Shown here: positions 1 through 11,000 of the stretch, in pieces
How positions within the stretch are numbered: the stretch's first letter is position 1
Layout: each line of letters begins with the position of its first letter
Assembly (NCBI GenBank): GCA_002633005.1
Contig: NMRA01000295.1
Location: 314,240-378,239, forward strand
Source: Phoronis australis
Taxonomy: Eukaryota; Animalia; Phoronida
Length of the DNA stretch: 64,000 nucleotides
Direction of reading: 5' to 3'
Program-made: the position numbers and the translations under genes
The notes under the pieces: model-generated
What the model was told of the DNA's origin: nothing
The model's database searches: none
Seen by the model: only the letters and a program-made list of their open reading frames with translations

Positions 1-304
1 AACCCAAGTTAGACAGTAGTTGACTGAATTAGAAAATGAATCGTGAAAAAGGTCAATTGAGACACACTTTCTTGATTACGGCGCCAGGTGCTCTTTGATG
101 CTTTGGTGATGTTTTTCGTTTCGGTACCGTCGCGGCGCGTGCAGCTGGTGCTCAGTCTTACCCACATCTCCTTACCAGTGTCCCATTCTCACTTCACCTT
201 CTGGCCAAAATGCACTTATTAAATGAAGAAAATGTTCTACCTTGTTTGAAAATATTTCGTCAGCCATACAACACATATGCTTGCACATGCCGTCTTAGTT
301 GAAC

Positions 305-790
305 CAGGGCTTGGAATTTTCCGGGGAAACGCGGATTTCTGCTTTTTTCAAATGTGCTTTCCGCTTTTTTATAATATTTCCGCGTAAAAAAATCGGATTT
401 GATATAAAATTTCCGCGGCAAATTCCTTTCTTACCGCGGCGTTGCAGACGACGTTCACCTCGAAAAGCGGAAGTTGCTCTTTATGTTTCGGAGGAACGTA
501 AATTGTCAACATTGCCGGGGCATCTGGGACAGCTTGGTGGGATTTTCAATAGCGTCTCGTGTTATTGTTAAGTGTGGCGACAAATACTACCGCTCTGCAG
601 CCGGACGGGCGAGCTAAAAGGACGCAGACGCATGCTACTGATGGTGGTAACGTTTTTTTTTTCTTTTTTTTTAGTCCTCCCGATTTTTGTCGGGGAAAGG
701 TTAACATTGACCATTTCAAGGCTGGTTATCGGGCATGATTTGGGCCGTAAAAGTTTCCGCGTTTTTTGTCACTGGTCATTCCAAGCCCTG
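305..790. mobile_element. MITE / non-autonomous DNA transposon (hAT-like ends)
   Basis: 13-bp terminal inverted repeats cagggcttggaat / attccaagccctg; ttgaac repeated on both flanks. Confidence 0.7.
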
Positions 791-926
791 TTGAACGTTG
801 TGTAGAGTTATCGAACGTTAAAAGTGTGTTTTGAGTAGGTGTTGGTATTTAGTTCATGTAGATGAATTTAGTAGCTACATCTACGTTAATATAAGGTGAC
901 CTAGAATTGAATCTGTAAAGATTTCC

Positions 927-1000
927 ATCTTGACCGGGTCTCGAACATGGGACCTCCTGGTTTCTGTGCAGACATTCTAGTCCACCGTGCTGCGTGGGCC
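927..1000 (-). mobile_element. tRNA-derived SINE head or tRNA pseudogene
   Basis: The minus strand has an A-box-like agcacggtgg and B-box gttcgagacc at tRNA spacing, but no clean cloverleaf. Confidence 0.5.
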
Positions 1001-1883
1001 ACTGGTCAAACACAGAGATCCAATCAGTCTAGTGAAAGACTTGACATCCATGTTGTTGGACATTTGTAACATGAAGGATCGACAACGACTGGTACTGTGT
1101 ATGTACTTGTACAGTCATACACGAAAGATGGTGAACGTGCATTGCCTGAGCTTCTGTTGATCATTCATATTACGTTTGGATATATTGTGTTTTAAATCTG
1201 CATGCAAGTCTATGACGGCTAGTTGTCATCTCGTGAGTGAAACTATCTAGTACTTTAACCCTATCCAGTCCCTTAGCTACAACTGTGCCAGTATCCAGAT
1301 GTTTTCAAAGATTCTGATGTTAGTAAAGTTAAAACCGTAGTTCTGCCAAATATCAACAGGTGGCATTTCTGCGCAGGCAGGTTAACATGTTTGCAACAAA
1401 AGGAATCCTGTGGTAGCGGTATGTGAAAGTAAAATATTAAATCATTTTCGTTGTTTTTTCTTGATGTCTTATTAACCAATCACGTTAATCGTACAGATGT
1501 CAAAGCAGCAAAGTCTGCTTTTTGAAGATGATTTTTATGAATTTTTTGTCAATAGGATTAGGCGACTGAGAAATTAACATGCAGCGATATGCAAAACTAA
1601 GGTAATCAAAGCATCCAAATTTTTATAAGATTTCAAATTTAATTCGGGCTGGAAAGGGTTATGTGTGTTGCAACAAGTTGTTTTACTCCCCACTGTACGT
1701 TGATGTCTTTCTTGAGCTGTACTTGAGTATCAGTGAACTTGACTTGTAAATGAATGTTTGCATGTGTGCTTGACTCGTGTGTGTCAGTGTGCGTGTGTGT
1801 CGGTGTGCGTCTCATGATTCATCGACTACCCGTGGCATGCTCGATGTGATCCACTGCATTCTACGGCCCGTTGTTGTTTGCAG

Positions 1884-2041
1884 AGAGAGCCACTGCGAGA
1901 TCGAGCGGCGCCGGCGCAACAAAATGGCCACCTACCTGAGCGAGCTGTGCGAGATGGTTCCGGCCTGCAGCACTCTGGCCCGTAAGCCAGACAAGCTGAC
2001 CATCCTCCGCATGGCAGTCTCGCACATGAAAACACTGCGAG
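1884..2041 (+). CDS. ARNT: ARNT bHLH exon, copy A (158 nt): [52 protein letters not shown]
   Basis: Acceptor ttgtttgcag at 1883, donor G|gtaatg at 2042; 1+156+1 nt; close match to the ARNT basic-HLH. Confidence 0.95.
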
Positions 2042-5000
2042 GTAATGTGTTACACACAGCGCCCTCTAACCACCTGCTACAACTATTGCCGTTGTATTGT
2101 CTGCCTGTTGTTGGCATCTTCTACTGTTTGTACCCACCCTCTTCTGTTGCTGCAATTGATGTTGATGGCTTGGTTTCGTTCAATTTTGTTATGGCATGAT
2201 GCTGAGAAAGTTTTTAAATTTGTCATTTTTCACTTAATAGGATTTTTCTGTTAATATAATGGGCTCATTTTGAAAAAGATTCAAATCATCCAGCTCTTCA
2301 GGTTTGATTTTGAACTTTGTAAAATTTCTGCCTGGAAAATAGCTGTCGCAGTTTCTCTTTTGAAATCCTGTCAACTTTTGCCCAAGTTGGTTTCCTCATG
2401 CATCGTGACAAAGCAATGCGGAACAGGGCGACATCACCGTGGCAACGACTCCCCAGTGCCATCTCTTCCTCATCCGGGCATGCTTCCAAAGAACATTCAC
2501 TTCACCGACTCATCACGTGTTTCTTGCAGAGACAATCACCGACAGATTGAAAGCCGCCGTCGCCTTAAGATGGCCGCCTATGTTAACGAGCTGTGCGACT
2601 TGGTGCCAGCTTGTAGCACGCTGGCTCGTAAGCCAGATAAACTGACAATTCTGCGGTTGGCGGCGGCGCACATGAAGACGCTACGAGGTAACGTCACGTG
2701 TTCGCATTGAACCTTCCCCACTGAGTCGATAGTTGGTGTGCTTTTCTTGCATTTCCTTTTTCACACTGCACACGTGAAGCCACCACAAGACCGCAACACT
2801 ACCACCAACACCGGGATGGCTGCGTCAAGCTTTCTCAGTTGAGCTGATTGTTGTACTTATCATTCCATTTTCCAACTCACACCTCTTGGCCCATTTCTCT
2901 CACTGTGCTCTGAATTCTCATTCTTCTGTTCTCACACTGACAAGAGCCTCCTGAACTTTACACCTAAGGTATGCTGTTATGTTTGTTTCATTGTGTTCTG
3001 TTACCTTATCTCAGGCTGGACTGGCAGCCTTCTCCGTGAGTCACGCACCATTGTGTGATGGTCATGCAATTCTGTTCCATTTAGGCTCTTTATGTTTGTT
3101 TGGCCAGAATTGAGTGTACTACTTTATTGTAATTTTTACACTCTCTGTTAGAGGTTTCCTGAATTACAATCGCGTATGTTTACTCTAGCTCACACCTGGT
3201 GCGACTTTCACATTCACTTTGGCAAGCGTAATGCGTTCCACAATTTTGTTTTGATGCTGTGCTTGTTTTCAATTGTCATGGAAAGTGGTTCTCTGCCACT
3301 GAAGTAGAAGTCGAATTGTTCACCACACAAGATGTCTGTTTAATGTTGGAGTGTGTTAAATGTATGTTTTTATGTTTTTTTTTTTCGTCAAAACTGACAG
3401 GCAGTTTGTATTCGTTTCAGAATCTCTGTGTTTAGTGAGATAATTTATCCTTTAGAAATAATTGGTTGCAACTTATTGATTACAACATACTTTGCCAGGA
3501 AAGTCATTAGCATGACGCGCAAGCTTCCCATAAGCAGCTAAAATTAATATTTTGATTTCTTGTTAAGTTTAAAAATTTATTTAGTAGTTACTTTCTGTGT
3601 TTTTCTGAGTTAGTTTTCGTGATTTTTTTGTTGCAGGTACTGGGAACACAGGGGCTGATGGTTCATACAAGCCGTCTTTTTTAACAGATCAAGAACTGAA
3701 GCATTTGATATTGGAGGTGTGTACCGAAACTGGAAGTTGTCATGGTGTGATCAATCGAACTGATTTAGTCTCCACGCATTTTTAATTAATTTAGGTCAAA
3801 TCTTGATTGGAAATGAGGTTTTGATGAATTCTATGCTGGTGTGTGCTAACTGTCCATAACATGTTTTATGTTGGTATTTATTAATGGTACTTTGTGATAG
3901 GCAGCACAGCACCCCAGATTGATGAAACTAAACAGTAACATGCCCTTGACATCATATAAAGTATGAATTTGTAAAGGTCGTGTACCATTTTATGGATCGA
4001 TGAAAATTTTTGCGTGTGTTTGTTAGGGCTGTTTTAAAGGTTTTATCTGGCTGATATAGAGGGCCCTGAACATGTCCAAATTTGGCTAACTTTAAAAAAT
4101 CATATCTCAGAAGTGGCTGATCAGATTCATGAAAACCCTAATGTGCTGTAACAGAGGATATTGCACAAATGTGTAATGGGAAGTGCCAAAGTAATTTCGA
4201 GTGGAGTATGAAGTTTATACCCAGCGCCCTGGTGTCGAGACTTTTCCTACTTTATGCCAACTGTTGACTGTAAAGGGACGTGTTTCATTTTGCATGAATG
4301 GACAGTGTCCCATAGTTCATTGCACTCTCTCCGTATGAAGGTCAATCAGACGTCTGCTCACAAATAATTTCTTCAAAAACGTGGAGTTAGAGTTTGTTTT
4401 ATTTTAGCAACCAAAGCCTTATGTTTTTTTTGTTTGTTTGTTTGTTTGTTTGTTTGTTTGATATACGGATTCATCGATTGCTTTGATGAGTTTCATATTT
4501 TGCTCATTTCCTATTCTCAGGCCGCAGATGGTTTCCTGTTTGTCACTCAGTGTGACACTGGACAGGTTATCTATGTGTCCGACTCGGTAACACCTGTACT
4601 CAATCAACCTCAGGTAAGTACATCTGTGGCAGCACATTTAGAACCCTCCATTTACTGGTTACTGTCAGTAGTTAGAGAAATGCATTTTTAGGAAATTAGT
4701 TGCCGAAGTAGACGTTCTTTTGCTTCTTTACCTGTCCTTTTGTATTCAGGCATTTCCATCTTTGTTAAATCGCTGCTCAAGCTAGTTGATTGTTATGGCT
4801 GAAGATCAATATGAATTGGTAATTGAACACGGACCAAAAATTACATTTACTTTATTCTATTTGGCATGAGTATAAGTGGTTCTCTCTCTCTCTTAGCAAT
4901 AGTGACATACCTCTGTGTGTTTTTTTTTTGGCTTCAAATTTTCCATATTTGGTGGCAATAAATATTGTGGCAGTCTTCTTTTTCCAAAAATGAAATTAAC

Positions 5001-8000
5001 GACTGTCTGTGCAGGTTTTTTTGTTGCATTGTTAGTTACAAGGCATGTCGCTTCTTTGTCAGTTGCAGCTCTGAAATGCTTTGCGGTCGTACTTTTCAAA
5101 ACTAAGTCAATCATGCTAGTTATATTTTTCTACCTCCACTGCAGAAAAAAGTTAAATTCACGACATGGCTGTTTGACGTCTTTGTTTAACCCCTGTAGGG
5201 CGAGTGGTACAGGAAGTCCCTTTACGAACTGGTGCACCCTGAGGATGTTGACAAACTTCGGGAGCAGCTGTCAACGTCGGAGCCACAGAACGCCGGCAGG
5301 ATACTTGACCTCAAAAGTACGTTGCGCTCCAATTCCATGAACGTGCATATGCACTTGGTTAAGATTCTGCGCCATAGTGCAAAGTTTAACCCTTTTACAT
5401 GAATTTAAAAATTCTTGTTAAACAGTCAAGACAAGTGCTTAATCGCAACACTTGTTAGCTTTTACATGTTGGCCTTGGAGGTGGTAACTAGTCTTCATAT
5501 TGGCTTAGAATTCTGCAGAGGGTTGTAAAACATGGGTGTCGTTCACAAGCAATTGGCTTTTTGAAATTGACATGCTAAGTTAGTGAAAGCAGCTCTTTGT
5601 GAAACCTGCTCTTAGCCATAAACTGTCCCAGTTGGACTGTGTGACTAAACATAGTTTAACAAAGGGTTTCTGGTCTTGGGTGTGAAGAAAATCATTTTAT
5701 TACCCCTTTTGGATAGTTGAATAGCCAGGCCTACATGAATTTTCTTTGTGTGCAGTGTGCATGGCCTTGAGTCACTTTCGTAATTAAATGATCACTTGTT
5801 ATTGACTCGCCTTGTCTTCGTTGCCGTTGTCCCATAAAATATTGCAGAGACTAAATATTTTTGAATCCATTCAGAGAAATCACTGTTTTCTTTTATCCAC
5901 AAACGTTTCTTTCAGCTGGAACAGTGAAGAAGGAAGGCCATCAATGTATGTGCTCAGTCTGTGGAATAAGTATTCTTTTTGTTGATTTCAATTTGTGAAC
6001 ATTCGTGACTTGTCACATAAATATTGCCTCAACAGGTATCGCCATATATGAAGTTCTGACAGTTGTAATCATTGTCCTAACATATATATTTGGCTTTCGG
6101 TTTCATCGACATCAGTATCATTTATGAGCATATTTGGTGTATTCAAAGGCAATAGCCAAGGGCAACACGTTTGTGTGTACGCCAGGCACGCGTGTATTGT
6201 GAAGCAACTTGCACCAGTGTCGTAGATGCACATTTTAATTTGGACACTGTCGCTGTCTTTTATTGCAGCGTCCATGAGGTTGTGCATGGGCTCGCGACGG
6301 GGCTTCATTATTCGCATGAGACTAGGCGGTGTGCAGATTGATCCGATGGCCGCCAATCACACTGTGCGCATTCGCCAGCGTAGCACGCTGGGCCCCTCCC
6401 CCGACGGACACCAGTACGCTGTCGTGCACGTAACGGGATACATAAAGAACTGGCCGCCCTCTGGTGAGAACATTTGATTGTTGCGTTGTATTTCTGTAAT
6501 GTTAACGGGGCACATAATACAGTTTCTGTGGTGTGGTAAAGTAATCACACGGTAATCAGTTTCTGGCCTGGGACCAGCTTCTTCTTGTTTTAAATAAGTC
6601 AGATTTTTAATTTGTCTTCTATAAATATTGTATTTCAGACCAGAGTGAGGCAATAAGATTGTTAAAATTCAAATTAGGTTGATTTTTTGTAACGTTATGC
6701 GTCTATACATCTCGGGAATTTTTGAGTCAGATACAAAATTTCCCAAATGCCATGTGTCCTTGCATTCTGTGACGATAATTGCATAAAAGTTTAATAAGTA
6801 CTTCTGTTACCTCAGGACTTCCGTAGTTTCATTGACGAACAATCCGAAACCATTCAAATATAGTAAAAAATTGAAAGATCCAGCAACTTCAACTAAAATT
6901 ACCAAGTGAACTCTTAAACTCTTAAAGCAGTTCGTGACTATTGGAATTGGAAACATGTTAAAGTTATGTATAATCTTTTCGATAAGTCTGCATTTTGCCA
7001 AATATCTACACATTAAGTTAAACTGTAAAAATTAACTCAGAGTCTGTAAAATGATATATTTCCTGAATGTAGAAATCCTGTAGACTTTGATTTATTGTGA
7101 TGTGTTGTTAATTGGGTCACGTGACATCTTCTCTATGTTCATAAAATTTAGGATGAAAGAGAAGTGCAACGTTATCAATAATGGCCAAGTTTCATTTGAT
7201 TTAGATTTCATGAGGAAATCTTGAAAAAGCTGATGGTTTTATGAAATAATTTGTTATATGCAACTTTTGATTTTTTCATAAAAAATGATAAAAGAAACAT
7301 TTTTGATTGCCCCTCATGCATAAGTGGAACATTTTAAAAGCTTCTACACGGTTAGCAGAAGGTCCTGCGTTCGAGTCCCGGTCGGGGGGCAGAAATCTTT
7401 TTCGGACTTATATTCATTAGGTCACATGATGTGACCAAAAAGGTGGCGGGTTGAACGGGATAAACTATTTCCAGCATTTTAAAAGCAATTCCTAGTGTCT
7501 TGGAGAACAGTGTGAAATACATAACGTGGAAGTTTCAACCAAGCTTGGAATTTTCCTATTTTAAGAAGATTTCCTCTTTTTTGGTGTCGATTTCGTCTTA
7601 TTGGATTTCCAGTTTCCTCTTTCTTCGTCGTATCATCAATTTCACTTTATTCATGCAGAAATGTTAATTTCACTTACGTTTTACAACACAAATTGTATTT
7701 CTGTCACACAAGCCTATTGGTGGAACCATACCTCACTAAGAAAATTTTCCTAGTTTTTGTCGAGCCCTGTTTGAAATGAATCTGATGAGCCATTCTTGAG
7801 ATATATTCTTCCAAAGTTAGCAAAGTTTGGACATTCTTCCAGGCTCCTACTTATAACCTTAAATCTGGTAATCATTGTTGTAGGTGTACAGTTAGATCGT
7901 AGTGACACAGACGATGGCCACGGTTCCAACAACTGCTGCCTTGTGGCCATTGGTCGATTGCAGGTGACCTCATCACCCAACTGCAGTGACCTCAACAATC

Positions 8001-11000
8001 CTAATGCTACGGAATTCATCTCGCGCCATAGTGTTGATGGGAAATTCACATTTTTAGACCAGAGGTACTTTGTGCCTTGTGTAGAACTGCGGAATCATTC
8101 TTCTGATGTTGCTGCCCAGTGTCCTACTACTGAACTGGTGATTGCAAACCGTTAAGGATTTTTCCCCAAAAATTCAATAGTTTTCCGTGCCACTCCTAAC
8201 AATTCTTTAATACGTGTCAAGTTTGCTACTTGTTAGGAAATACTTTAAATGATTTCAGTCACAAAGCAAATTGGCCATTTTCAGGGGTTTTTGGCGGTTT
8301 TAGCTGATTTGAACTTCAATTTGTCTGGATCTGCATGGAATTTTACACACTAATTTTATAGATCTGTTAGCCAGGGAGCTACTACAATTTTTTATTCTCC
8401 AAGCAAATGAGATATTGGATGCGAAATATGAAGACTTGAATTCTTTAAAGAAGTCTTTTTTATTTGAGGGTAAATTCTTTTGCAAATTCGTTGTAAGTTC
8501 TTTGATATTAGAATCAAATCTAGCCCAAGTGTTGTTAATGCGATATACCCTGTCTATTAGAGTTTTAATGAGACCTACTTTATAAACAAAGGATGTGAAG
8601 CTATGAAAACAACGAATTTGTAAAAGAATGGCTATCCCCTAGAATTAGTCAATAGAGTACTGAAAGCAAGACTCCAACGTAACCCTGATGATGTTCATCC
8701 TGTAGACAAAACTAACTACAAGTACTTTAAAATACCCTATGTTGGGTTTTACGCCAAAATTGCTCAACGAAAACTCAACAAATTGGTGAATGATTACTGT
8801 TTGAACTTAAGAGTTGTATTAACATTCAAGTCTCTAAAACTGTCGAGTTTATTTAACCGTAAGGACAAAATTTCTATGGGTCTACAGTCCAAGGTAGTAT
8901 ACAAATTTATCTGTGCTGGATGTGGCTCCAGTTATATAGGCGAAACTGTTCGCCATTTGAAAACCAGGACCAAGGAACATCTAAATTCTGACAGTAATTC
9001 ACATGTAAATATTCACCTGCAGAGCTCCAATCATTGTTATCAGCAGTGCTCTTTCAATGACTTTGCAATAATAGACCAGGCAGTAACAACAAAGGAGCTT
9101 AAAATTCGTGAGGCTTTACATATCAGTTGGTGCAAGCCCAATCTCAATAGGCAACTGACACACCACAGGTTGTCATTGTTGGTCTAGTTCATTGTCACTC
9201 CCTGTAACTGACTGTATCTGTGCTTCATTACTTGTTGCTGGGCCTAGCTAGGTGGCCACTGTATCTGAGGATGGTGTTTAATAAATGACACCGAAACATG
9301 TCAAGTTTTAAAACCGTTGTTGTTTTCTTGAATATATGCTGTTACTTGCTATCATGGAACTCCACCTTAACCATTTGGAGCTGTTCAGTCTGGACACGGC
9401 GGCCATTACACCTATACCTCTCACACAGGCATTGACATTATATAAAGTTACTTGAAGTTAAACTGTGTGAATGTGTGAGGGTAGTCTGTTGACATTCAAC
9501 CATTTTATTGCAGTTTTAAAGCTGATCGAAAGGTGACTCAAAACCAGAAAGTCAACAATATTGCTTGCTCATACTTTTCTCCTCTGCTTAGCCTGATGAA
9601 AAAATTTTAGGTCTCTTGGAATTTTATGAACAGCTTTGTGATGAGCGCAACTCTAGACCAAAAATTGTCCTTATTTGTCTAATCCCAACTTACAAGGCTT
9701 TCTCATTTTACAGGGTCAGTGCAGTGCTGGGCTATCAGCCTCAGGAGCTACTGGGAAAGTCATCCTACGAGTTTTTCCACCCCGAAGACCAACCACTATT
9801 GCGAGATACATTCGAAAGAGGTGAATGCTGTCAGTTTAATATTTCCTTCTGAGGCTAGTTTGTCTTGACGTGTGTCATTCAGTTCATCTTTGTGTCAGGG
9901 TTACAAAACTGCAAATCTTTCAACAGGTATTTGATTTAAGAGCGACATCATTTTGAAATCGAAATTCCTCACTCTCATGCAGTTTGCCAGTCTTAGTAAC
10001 TGACTTTTCAATAATTTTTACTGTTTTCTTGTTAGTTTTCTACTGTAGCCAAAAGTATTCACACAAAATGACCCAGAATCTCCCGTCACGACGGCTGGGT
10101 AGAATCTGAATTCATCATTGGAACAGTGTCCCATGGTGACTGGCGTTGAAGGATAATTACCAGGGACAGTAAGAAGTTGGATTCTGTAATTCGAATTTTA
10201 TCGCCATAATAGTTATTATCAGTAAACTTTGTTGTGAACAGAATTAGACGTCATGATGGGGAAATTTGTTCGATTACTTTTTTCTGATTACTTTTGCCTT
10301 GTGCTGTATTGCTTAGTTTTACTTTTGCCTTGTGCTGTATTGCTTAGTTTTACTTTTTTGTGGTGTCCATATTGTGTCACTGTATTCCGTGATTTTTTTC
10401 TTATTTAAAATTTTCATTTGTTTAACAGTGAAGTTGATAATGTATGAACATTTCCTTGTCGTGCAATAATACTTTCCATCTGCCTAGTGTTGAATTTGAA
10501 AGGTCTCAAAATGTACCATATACATAAACTTTCCCTTCTCATTTGTGTGTCGTCTCATTTCCCACCTTTCTTGAATAGTCATCTGGTTTCCACGGTTTTC
10601 AATATCCATTAAACGTTTCTTCTCTCTGGTAACGTTTGGTTTCTAATCTCCCTAATTTTCCTTCCTTTCATCTGCCTAGTGTTAAAGTTGAAAGGTCAGG
10701 TCGTGTCAACTATGTCATTTGGTGTCTAATCTCCCTAATCTTCCTATTTTACATCTACCCAGTGTTAAAGTTGAAAGGTCAGGTCGTGTCCACAATGTAC
10801 CGTATCCGTGCCAAGACCAATGAGTGGGTGTGGCTACGGACCAACTGCTTCAGCTTTCAGAACCCTTACACTGATGAGGTGGAGTATATTGTCTGCACTA
10901 ACTGTCTGAACAAGTGAGTAGACGGGCTGGGGATGTGGGCAGGGGGGGTGAACCAGGGGGTGTGGACCGTGTTTGGCACCTCATAGCATTGTAGGGACAC

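Noticed and set aside
927-1000. Functional tRNA genes here and at ~7350, ~26380 and ~37010
   Set aside because: A/B-box-like motifs are present but acceptor and anticodon stems do not pair; the ~26380 copy has a SINE body and TSD.
2530-2687. Exon B as a pseudo-exon or an assembly duplicate of exon A
   Set aside because: Exact length and phase retention, intact splice sites, many synonymous changes with conserved residues, dissimilar flanks and no N junction.
1884-2687. A protein with two tandem bHLH domains
   Set aside because: Splicing A to B shifts the frame and hits TGA at 2643-2645.
8783-9187. Stand-alone host GIY-YIG nuclease gene
   Set aside because: Adjacent RT-end motifs, an upstream in-frame stop, an inversion and a 3' hammerhead identify a truncated Penelope-like element.
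10288-10356. 32-bp tandem duplication (and a 21-bp one at ~32100-32141)
   Set aside because: Ordinary slippage duplications with no sign of function.
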